DNA of 63,237 nucleotides from Bradymonadales bacterium (GTDB lineage Bacteria; Myxococcota_A; Bradymonadia; UBA4248): NCBI GenBank assembly GCA_041656175.1, contig JBBAEA010000003.1, positions 1 to 63,237 of the forward strand, read 5' to 3'. Shown piece by piece: positions 39,373 to 47,207 of this stretch (position 1 is its first letter; each line of letters starts with the position of its first letter). The notes under the pieces were generated by a model. It saw only the letters and a program-made list of their open reading frames with translations, ran no database searches and was not told where the DNA came from. The position numbers and the translations under genes were made by a program.

Positions 39373-40551
39373 ATGGTTGCAGTAAAACACTTGGAAGAGC
39401 ACGATCCGGCGTCGGATTTTGTGCAAGGACACGTGATAGGGGAGCGTTACAGCGTGCAGCGTTTGATCGCGGCGGGTGGGATGGGCTTTGTGTACATGGC
39501 GACGGATTTGGAGCAACAGCAGTTGGTTGCGCTGAAGCTGATGCGCAGTTCGTTGCAGCGAGATCCTGTGGCGATTGAGCGTTTTCGTCGCGAGGTGCGA
39601 ACGATTAAGCGTTTGATGCATCCGAACACGATTGAGCTTATCGATTATGGTGTGACGGAGGATGGTTTTATGTTCCTTGTCATGGAGTGGTTGCATGGCA
39701 AGGATTTGCGAGAGATTTTGCGCATTAAGAAGCGCTTGTCGCCGATTACGGTCACGCGCATTGGGATTCAGGTTGCTTGGAGTCTTTCGGAGGCGCATGC
39801 GAAGGGGATTATTCATCGTGATTTGAAGCCAGAGAATATCTTTATCATGCACAATCCTGGTCCACATCTTCGGATTAAGGTTGTGGATTTTGGGCTAGCA
39901 AAGGTGGTTGCGGGACCGGAGTCGGGGGAGCAAATTACGCGTGGAGGCGTGGTGTGTGGTACGCCAGAGTACATGAGCCCAGAGCAGGCTAAGGGCGAGA
40001 AGCTTGATGGTCGCAGCGATGTGTACGCCTTGGGTTGTGTGATGTATGCGATGTTGCAGGGGGATGCGCCCTTTAGGGAGAAGAAGGCATTGGATGTGGC
40101 GATGCGCCATATTAACGATCCTTTCCCCGAGTTTAAGGTGCAGGTTCCAGAGACGCTGCGTCAAATTATTCATAAGTGCGTTGCGAAGGATCGCGCTGAT
40201 CGCTATCATAATGTAAACGAACTCGCCGATGTGCTTGAGGCATTTTTGGATCCTATTGAGATTCGGCGCCGCGATGCGAATGATGCGTGGAGTGTGCGCA
40301 GTTCGGTGCCACCCAACGGCGTGCGGGCTGCTTTGCCTAAACGTGTTAATCGTCGAGCTTTTACGCCAGTTTCTGCGCGTATGCGCATATCACGAAATAC
40401 GCAGCAGCAACTCACGGCGAGTCGCCAACTCAGCGCGCCAAGCGTAAAGCTAAAGCAGAGTTTAAGCATTCCTACGAGTACTTTACTGCGAACGAGTCAG
40501 GCGCAGAAGCGCGGTGGTTTTTTGCAAAAAGTTTTTGGCTCACGCGACTAG
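39373..40551 (+). CDS. Hanks-type serine/threonine protein kinase
   Basis: GAGGMGFVY...ALK, HRDLKPENIF, DFGLAK and GTPEYMSPEQ. The start may be 39334. Confidence 0.9.
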   Translation: MVAVKHLEEHDPASDFVQGHVIGERYSVQRLIAAGGMGFVYMATDLEQQQLVALKLMRSSLQRDPVAIERFRREVRTIKRLMHPNTIELIDYGVTEDGFMFLVMEWLHGKDLREILRIKKRLSPITVTRIGIQVAWSLSEAHAKGIIHRDLKPENIFIMHNPGPHLRIKVVDFGLAKVVAGPESGEQITRGGVVCGTPEYMSPEQAKGEKLDGRSDVYALGCVMYAMLQGDAPFREKKALDVAMRHINDPFPEFKVQVPETLRQIIHKCVAKDRADRYHNVNELADVLEAFLDPIEIRRRDANDAWSVRSSVPPNGVRAALPKRVNRRAFTPVSARMRISRNTQQQLTASRQLSAPSVKLKQSLSIPTSTLLRTSQAQKRGGFLQKVFGSRD

Positions 40552-40606
40552 TTTTGCGTGCACGCGCGCCTTTGGGCGAAGCTAGACGCCCACTCGCCCG
40601 TTTTCC

Positions 40607-41437
40607 TTAATACGTAAGAACACTAAAGTTATAGAGGCTAGAGAATAGATTGCTGCTCTCCTCCGAGAGCAGTATTTGTTCACGCAAAGTGCTATCCTCG
40701 ACGTACGCTTGCAACTCTGTGGGCCAAAGATAAGGTATTTTATTTCTCAGAATGCGCCTGGTTTCGAATAAATGCGAGACTTCTGCAATTTTGGCCGAAT
40801 CCCCGTTTTTGAGCAAATCTCGTTTCATAGCTTTAAACAGTACGTACATGTCGGGGTCAATGAAACTAAAGGCTTTAGAGAAGATGGCGGCCGTGTGGAA
40901 GTACTGTGGGATACCACAGAGCATCTGCGCGCCAAGTATGCTGCTCATGGTGCGGAAAAGCGCAAAAGCGTTTTGAGATAGCCCAGCGGAGGGGTAGTTT
41001 TGTCCTGGCAGCAGCGCTTTGGTAGAGTTGGAGAGTGGGTTTTGTAGTCTCAGTTTCTCGACGCAGAGGCTAGGGAAGTGGCGTTGGTTTTGGTGGACGA
41101 AGCAGTATTCCAGCCACACGACGGCGTGCATCAGTATTTCGGAGAATCCGCCAGAGTCGGTCCAAACGAGGAGTTCGCTACGCCCGATGATGTCGGATTT
41201 TGGGATATCTAGCCAAATTTGGTGGTGTCCCTGCTCTCTCCAGCGTTCAAAAAACTTGGTGGCTTCAAGTAATTGCACGATTGCTTTTGAAGTCCAGCGA
41301 CCCAAAAACAGACCATCTTGCCACGGTCGCAAAAAATCTGTGCTGTACAGTAGTGCTTTTTCGTTTAAGGGGAGCAGGTCGACTCCGCTTAGGCTGCTTG
41401 ATAGCTGCTCGTATCGTTCTTGGAAGAGTTTGAGCAT
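40607..41437 (-). CDS. Hypothetical cytoplasmic protein downstream of the HExxH protein
   Basis: 276-aa ORF with no signal peptide and no recognised motif. Confidence 0.55.
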   Translation of the reverse strand: MLKLFQERYEQLSSSLSGVDLLPLNEKALLYSTDFLRPWQDGLFLGRWTSKAIVQLLEATKFFERWREQGHHQIWLDIPKSDIIGRSELLVWTDSGGFSEILMHAVVWLEYCFVHQNQRHFPSLCVEKLRLQNPLSNSTKALLPGQNYPSAGLSQNAFALFRTMSSILGAQMLCGIPQYFHTAAIFSKAFSFIDPDMYVLFKAMKRDLLKNGDSAKIAEVSHLFETRRILRNKIPYLWPTELQAYVEDSTLREQILLSEESSNLFSSLYNFSVLTY

Positions 41438-41470
41438 GAGACTCGTTTTTGGGTGGCACAGATAAGTTAA

Positions 41471-41515
41471 AGGGCAGCAAAGAAAGAGAGGACGCTATTA
41501 ACGTTAGCGTCCTCT
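41471..41515 (-). terminator. Rho-independent terminator candidate after the HExxH gene
   Basis: Stem AGAGGACGCTA/TAGCGTCCTCT with a 7-nt loop. A T-rich tract (ctttctttg) follows on the minus strand. Confidence 0.5.
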
Positions 41516-41565
41516 GAGCGGGGGGATAAAGTATTTAGCATGCAGTTTCGTGTAGTGAGTTTAAA

Positions 41566-42912
41566 CTACATTTTGTGCAAGTTTTGGGATTCAAACCATT
41601 CTCTCCTCTTCGAATCAAGCCTCTCACCCTTTTTCTCTGTCATGTGGTATGTGGCATAGATTTCAGCGAACTCCTCGCCTGGGTCTCTAAACTGGTAGAC
41701 GCTGAGTTTATTGCTTCTAGCGCTACTGTCGTATGACCACCAACCTCGATAAGGGTAGCCTTCATGAATTTGCCTTGGTCCGACGTTAGAGTAGTTCTCA
41801 TAATACCACGGCGACCTATCCGCATTTGCCCTTGCCAAGTGTGTAAAGAGTGGTGAAACTTTAAGTTTTTCGGCCAAGTCGTTTAGCGAGGAATACACTC
41901 TTGCATCGCCCTCGCCTTTGCCGTCCTTTTTCAGGAATCGCTTGTTATAAACTAGTTTTAGGTACGAGCGCGTTTTTTCCACATTTTTGATGCGGCCAAT
42001 CACAGCGAATTTAGCGGCTTCTCTTGAAAGTTCTTTCTCTTTTTTGGTAAACGAGCTCGGGATGGCGTTTTGCACTAAATTGATGACTTCATCGGCAATT
42101 TTTTGTGGTTTAAAAATACCGTGTTTTTTCCAGCCAGAGATCTTGCGAAATGATTCTTGACCCGAGTACCTGCCGTTTTGGTCTACGAGATGTCCCAGTT
42201 CATGGGTAAGCGTAGTATCAAACATATTCATACCGCGCATTTTATCGCCTACGTTTGTGTAGGCGCCCGTCTCGACTCTCCCCATATCGTTTTCGCTATA
42301 GTCTATGCCGATGCGTCCAATGTAGGGCATCGCAAGGCCGGAGTTGCCCGCATCCTTGCCGGTTGTAACTAGGGCTTTTAGTTTTTTCACGTGTGCTTCG
42401 GGTAGGCGTAGCATGACTTTGTACACGCCTTTTACGCCTTCGGGTCCGAATGGGACTTCTTTTTGACCAATCAAAAACAGGCGAGTAATAACATTCCAGT
42501 TTGCGCCAATCTTGATGCCGAAGCGTTTGTCCACGAATTTAATCAAAGTGTCGACATCGCTGACGCTATCGACGAGTAGATCCAAGATCTGATTTTTTAT
42601 GGAGCTGCGACCACCAGATAATAGCTTATTCATGATGCTTTTGTCGCCTACAATTTCTAACTTCTCGCTGTCCGTGGCTTTTTCGACGATATCATGAATT
42701 TTTCCCCAAGAAGTGAAGATATATCGTATGTTCTCCTTTATTTGTTCTACGATACTTTTACTCTCAGTTTTGGCCACCTTACTATCATCGGCTTGTTTTT
42801 GCCTGCCACCTTGTGCGTCAAGATCTTTTTGCGGAAAGGTCTGTAAAACCTTAACGTTTGATTTCGCCGCTAAATTTGAATTCGCTAATACTTTAGAGCT
42901 ATTGAAAGCCAT
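41566..42912 (-). CDS. HExxH zinc metalloprotease-like protein, anthrax-lethal-factor-like (gluzincin) signature, no signal peptide
   Basis: GAGGTG SD before the ATG at 42912. HELGH lies at ORF residues 240-244. The C-terminal DPGEEFAEIYATYH resembles the LF third-ligand segment EAEFFAEAFRLMH. Confidence 0.55.
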   Translation of the reverse strand: MAFNSSKVLANSNLAAKSNVKVLQTFPQKDLDAQGGRQKQADDSKVAKTESKSIVEQIKENIRYIFTSWGKIHDIVEKATDSEKLEIVGDKSIMNKLLSGGRSSIKNQILDLLVDSVSDVDTLIKFVDKRFGIKIGANWNVITRLFLIGQKEVPFGPEGVKGVYKVMLRLPEAHVKKLKALVTTGKDAGNSGLAMPYIGRIGIDYSENDMGRVETGAYTNVGDKMRGMNMFDTTLTHELGHLVDQNGRYSGQESFRKISGWKKHGIFKPQKIADEVINLVQNAIPSSFTKKEKELSREAAKFAVIGRIKNVEKTRSYLKLVYNKRFLKKDGKGEGDARVYSSLNDLAEKLKVSPLFTHLARANADRSPWYYENYSNVGPRQIHEGYPYRGWWSYDSSARSNKLSVYQFRDPGEEFAEIYATYHMTEKKGERLDSKRREWFESQNLHKM

Positions 42913-43120
42913 CTTGATCACCTCAATTCAAATGCTTAGGAGGATCCTACCCACACAGTGGCAGAATCACCAACCGCTATCCTACTATAAATAGTGAAGC
43001 TTTTTATACGCTTTGTCAAACTTTAACCGCCGTCAACAGTAAATATTAGGGTTTATAAGTGATTATTTTCGGTGCTTAGCTTAGGGAAGCTCAAATGAAT
43101 CGATATCTTTGTTAATTATT

Positions 43121-43384
43121 TTTGGGGGGGGAAGTTTCCCCCTACGTGTCAACCCCACGCTTTGCGCGGGTTTGCCACTACCCCCTCCGCGGGGACACCC
43201 CGCGACGCCCCGTCTCATTTTTGGCCGTAATAGAGCTTTGCCCTTGCCCTTAGACGAGGTTTGGGCGGTAGCCCAATAAATCAGCGAAAGGGGCAGCTTT
43301 CAAACCTGCCCTCATAAAATCAATAATCTGCATACAAAAGCGGGTTCTAAGGGCGATAGGCCCAATAAATCAGAGTTTCCTTAG
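43121..43384. repeat. Composite repeat block: family B (reverse, 43121-43220), partial C (43250-43291) and C (43311-43384)
   Basis: ttttggggggggaagtttccccctacgtgtcaaccccacgctttgcgcgggtttgccactaccccctccgcggggacaccccgcgacgccccgtc, then ...aaaatcaataatctgcatacaaaagcgggttctaagggcgataggcccaataaatcagagtttccttag. Confidence 0.75.
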
Positions 43385-44131
43385 CTAGTAAACATTAATG
43401 TTTTCACAATCCATTTTAACGCGACCATCGTTGTCGACGTGCATGACGCATACGGCGATGTTCATACCTCTCCCGTCTCTAGCATAGGTAAAATCGAGTC
43501 TTACACCGTCCTCGTTGTGGCTAAGCTTGGGCTTAGCAATGGCGGGCCGTTTAAGTATGGGATCCTCGTCATTTGTGAAAAGTTGGCCACCTACGGGTAA
43601 GAAGCATTGCGCGATCTCTGCTATGTTTGTGGCGGGTACTTCGCTGTTCTCACTAAGGTCGATGTGGCGGAGTATGTCCTCTAGATGTGTAAGATCTTCA
43701 CGATCAACGACGCCCTTCTTTATGTGTAGCGCAACGTTAGTGGCATTGGCATCTCTGATGCCTTTGTGCAAGACACTGAAAAAATAATAAGGTGGCACCA
43801 TAAAATCAAGTGGATGTACGTTATACATTAAGCCTCGCCACGGCAGATCTTTTTTAAGACGCTTTTTTGCCTTATGGTAGCCTTCACCTAAAATAGTCTC
43901 TTGGTAAGTTGGCGTAATTGGACTATTGCTTTCATCATTTTTTTGCATGGACAGCTCCATATTAATTTGTTCAACAACATGATTATTATTGGTTTTTGTG
44001 TTATCGGTATTTGTACTTTCTTGTGTGGTAGCTGATGCGTTTAAATTATTAGGACTTTGGCATGCGCTTAGCGTTAAAAGCGAAAGAGTAGCGAATATCA
44101 TAAAATTACATTTAAACTTTTGTTTCATCAT
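43385..44131 (-). CDS. Hypothetical lipoprotein (paralogue 1 of 2)
   Basis: Lipobox LTLSAC. The C-terminal ~170 aa align with the 44149-44895 product (PPYYFF, DANxxxVxLHIxxGxxDR, ILRxIDLS, VPAxxIAxIxQCFLP). Confidence 0.7.
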   Translation of the reverse strand: MMKQKFKCNFMIFATLSLLTLSACQSPNNLNASATTQESTNTDNTKTNNNHVVEQINMELSMQKNDESNSPITPTYQETILGEGYHKAKKRLKKDLPWRGLMYNVHPLDFMVPPYYFFSVLHKGIRDANATNVALHIKKGVVDREDLTHLEDILRHIDLSENSEVPATNIAEIAQCFLPVGGQLFTNDEDPILKRPAIAKPKLSHNEDGVRLDFTYARDGRGMNIAVCVMHVDNDGRVKMDCENINVY

Positions 44132-44148
44132 AAAATCAATGCTCTATT

Positions 44149-44895
44149 CTAATTATTTAAGGGCAGATCCTTGCATTCCAAATTAACGCGTCCTTTGGCG
44201 TCGACGAGCATTGCGCAGCTTACAATATTCATTTTTCGCCCATCTTTTGCATAGCTAAAGTCCAATTTAATTGTATCGTCATGGTGGCTTAGCACAGGTT
44301 TAGAGATCGCGGGGCGTTTAAGGACAGGTTCTTGGTCATCGGTAAAGACGGCGGCAGATGCGGGCAGAAAGCACTGGACGATCTTTGCAATGTCGCGAGC
44401 AGGGACTTCAGTGCCTTGGCTGAGATCGATGTATCGAAGTATTTTTTCTAAATTCTCAATTTTTGTACGATCTATGATTCCCTCATCGATGTGTAATACA
44501 ATGCTGTCGGGGTTTGCATCCCTCGTATCATGTCTATCAACGTTAAAGAAATAATAAGGTGGCGCTAAGAATTTAAACGGAATTACGTTGTAAACATCTC
44601 CTTCCTGTGGCAATAAATCTTTTAAATGCACTGTTGCATCTTCATAGCCTTTGCCCAAGGGCGATCTTTTATAACTAGATTCTTTAGGAGTATCGATTTT
44701 TTGCACGTCTTCTTCCTGTGTATTGTTTTTGTCATGCAAAGCAATATTATCGCTAGGCAATGTATCTTTAGTTTCTGTATTATAAATAGGTAAATTGGAT
44801 GCTTGCTGAGTGGTGTTTTGGGGGTTTTGGCAAGCCCAAAAAGTAGCTGAGAAGCCAAGAGACATAATGATGAGAATAATAAAACTGAATTTCAT
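44149..44895 (-). CDS. Hypothetical lipoprotein (paralogue 2 of 2)
   Basis: Lipobox TFWAC. 248 aa, the same length and C-terminal domain as 43385-44131. Confidence 0.7.
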   Translation of the reverse strand: MKFSFIILIIMSLGFSATFWACQNPQNTTQQASNLPIYNTETKDTLPSDNIALHDKNNTQEEDVQKIDTPKESSYKRSPLGKGYEDATVHLKDLLPQEGDVYNVIPFKFLAPPYYFFNVDRHDTRDANPDSIVLHIDEGIIDRTKIENLEKILRYIDLSQGTEVPARDIAKIVQCFLPASAAVFTDDQEPVLKRPAISKPVLSHHDDTIKLDFSYAKDGRKMNIVSCAMLVDAKGRVNLECKDLPLNN

Positions 44896-44984
44896 GAATT
44901 GTGCCGAGCTTTGTATGCATACACAATAGGCGCTCTTGTCTATGGTGCCTATTATAAAATTATAAGTTATTTTTTAGAAAAAAG

Positions 44985-45227
44985 TCACTGTTTGGGAATT
45001 TTCGCCTTATTATTATGTAGTCCTTCTCTTTCGAAGCAAGATTTTCGCGTGGTATCCACGTTTTCGCCTATTTTCTCTGTCATATGGTAAGTGGCGTACA
45101 ATTCCGCAAATTCCTCACCTGGATCACGGAACCGGTAAATGCTAAACTTATTTTTTCGAGCATCGTTGTTGTAGACCCAGCAAGCTCGCCCTTTGTAGCC
45201 CTCGTGGATCTGTTTTGGGCCAACGTC
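44985..45227 (-). pseudogene. Orphan C-terminal fragment of a paralogue of the 41566-42912 HExxH protein
   Basis: Translates to DVGPKQIHEGYKGRACWVYNNDARKNKFSIYRFRDPGEEFAELYATYHMTEKIGEN..., against NVGPRQIHEGYPYRGWWSYDSSARSNKLSVYQFRDPGEEFAEIYATYHMTEKKGER in the full gene. Homology stops at about 45227 and no start codon or N-terminal part is present. Confidence 0.8.
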
Positions 45228-45425
45228 TTAGCACCAGCAGCTCCCCGGTTTTGCTTTTCTTGTGAGTGAATGCTGGCCATATTAAGCTCTACTACGTAGC
45301 TGGCCTTGTACAGCGCTAGTGTATCTAGCGGGGCTCAAGACACATGCATTCCACGGGTGTACTGTAAGCTCTTTTAGCTTCGTTAGTCAAGTTTTATGCG
45401 CAAAATGGCGAAGCGTGATGTTTCT

Positions 45426-45623
45426 TTATACTGAAGGCTTCCTCTTGCAGCAGTGCAGCTCATTGCATATTTTTTCGGGGTGAAACTCGTCGTTGAGCAG
45501 CTGCTTTTGGAAGCTCTTTTTCAACGACTTGAGTTTGCATGCAAGAATGTAAGAAATCCCATCGGCTTCCATTAACGCTAAGTTTTCTTTGCAGAACATC
45601 GCTCGTTCTGCAAGCCATGTCAC
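45426..45623 (-). pseudogene. Short remnant of an IS4/IS1634-like DDE transposase
   Basis: LAERAMFCKENLALMEADGISYILACKLKSL resembles the family segment (v)ADRGM(f)seeNL..le..g..YIvg.rlk. Only about 65 codons remain. Confidence 0.4.
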
Positions 45624-45665
45624 ATGAGAGAGCTTGAGCTTGGCAAGGATTCGCGTCGTTTGTCG

Positions 45666-46277
45666 CTACAGAAAGCGATATGAGGCAACCATAAGTAGGC
45701 TAAACGTTGTGGTGGTTCCATGCAGCCATTTTGTTGTTTTCTCTGAATTGTATTTATCATTATACGTTTCGTAGAAATTATAGTGTGAGGTGAAGGCAAA
45801 GCCGAGCCAAAAGCGAGAGGTCACATGAAAATCAGCACCTATTTGGAATTTTGAGGAGAGGAAAGATAGAATGGTCGTTTTGTTTCTTGCTGAGCCATCT
45901 CTGACAAGTTCGCAAGGAGTTACGTTGATTCCTAGACCAAAGGTAGCATAGACACTAGCAATATCATTTTCATACATGAAAATGCGAAGGGAAGGGATAA
46001 AAAACAGGGCGTGTCGATCCCCAATGGGAATCTCATCACCACGACTTATGCTTCTGTCTGTATACTCATAGCTAAGATCTAGATATAGTCCAACATAAGG
46101 ATTAAAGCGCCAGCCAAGATCTAATTCAAAGGGGATATTGATGCCACCAGCGTAACCAAAGTTAATCCCTCCGCCCAATGAGGCGCGCAAATCAAGTTCT
46201 TGGGCTGACACGCTAGCACCGGCTGCGGTTAAAGACAGAACGATGGCTAAACATAGGCTGAAACAGAGTTTGTACAT
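45666..46277 (-). CDS. Small outer-membrane beta-barrel protein (OmpW/OprF-N-like 8-strand type), copy 1
   Basis: GGAGACCATT-ATG start at 46277. Signal peptide ending SVSA-QE. Alternating aromatic beta-strand pattern. C-terminal ASYRFL. Confidence 0.7.
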   Translation of the reverse strand: MYKLCFSLCLAIVLSLTAAGASVSAQELDLRASLGGGINFGYAGGINIPFELDLGWRFNPYVGLYLDLSYEYTDRSISRGDEIPIGDRHALFFIPSLRIFMYENDIASVYATFGLGINVTPCELVRDGSARNKTTILSFLSSKFQIGADFHVTSRFWLGFAFTSHYNFYETYNDKYNSEKTTKWLHGTTTTFSLLMVASYRFL

Positions 46278-46328
46278 AATGGTCTCCTTAGAGAGTTTGA
46301 GCTTGGCAAAGATTCGCGTCATTTGTCG

Positions 46329-46953
46329 CTACAGAAAGCGATAGGAGGCAACAATAAGTATGCTAAACGTTGTGGTGGTGTCATTAAACCATTGGGTTGT
46401 TTTTTCGATATTTAGCTTATTGTTGTGCTTGTAATAAAACTCACTTTTACGTTTTTCGTAGATATTATGGAGTGACGAGAAGGCAAAGCCGAGCCAAAAG
46501 CGAGAGGTCACATGAAAATCTACACCCACCTGATATTTTGCTGAAAGAAAGGAATGACTAGAGTCCTTACTTCGAGACACTTCATCCTGAAGCTCTTCGG
46601 TAAATATTGCACTCAGTCCTAAGCCGAGCGCAGTATAGATGCTCAATATCTTATTTTCATAGAAAAAAATGCGGAAAGTTGGCAATACATACAGAGCGTG
46701 AAGATTGCCTAGCGCTCGTTCCCCGTCACTTAGAAAATGTATATCCATATATTGGTAACTTGTGTCCAAGTATAATCCGAAATATGGATTAAAACGCCAT
46801 CCAATATCTATCCCAACGGGAACATTGATACCGCCTACGTAACCAATGTTAATCCCTCCGCCCAATGGGGCGCGCAAATCAAGTTCTTGGGCTGACACGC
46901 TAGCACCGGCTGCGGTTAAAGACAGCACAATGGCTGAAACAGAGTTTGTACAT
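46329..46953 (-). pseudogene. Tandem paralogue of the beta-barrel gene with an 11-bp deletion that frameshifts the signal peptide
   Basis: The same RBS and MYKLCFS start at 46953. Copy 1 reads ...cagaacgatggctaaacataggctgaaac... and copy 2 reads ...cagcacaatggctgaaac..., so the frame is lost. The in-frame remainder starts MLSLTAAGASVSAQE at 46928. Confidence 0.6.
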
Positions 46954-47207
46954 AATGGTCTCCTTTTTAGAATATACGACCAGCATTGCTTGCTTGATAA
47001 AAATCACCACAATGATAAATACACTCAGCAGAAAAGCCATGGCCTTCGAGGTCATCAAAGAATGGGAAAGTCTTTCTACCCACGTTGTTATAATGGTAGC
47101 GATCCCCCTTGTTAAGTGGTGATTACAGTATTGCCGCCCGTTTGGCAACGCTGGCGCATGTCTTAGCTAGTTTATGACGATAGAGGCATGAAAAGCTCTA
47201 TCGCTCA

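Noticed and set aside
39184-39867. Upstream 228 codons of the 350-aa minus-strand ORF 38815-39867.
   Set aside because: This part is antisense to the well-supported Ser/Thr kinase. It is R/H/Q/L-rich with no motif. A good RBS and ATG at 39183 gives a sensible 122-aa membrane protein instead.
46900-47148. 82-aa minus-strand ORF upstream of the second beta-barrel copy.
   Set aside because: Its C-terminal end is just the out-of-frame signal-peptide start (…ETIMYKLCFS…) of the frameshifted beta-barrel gene. The rest has no RBS or conservation that I can see.
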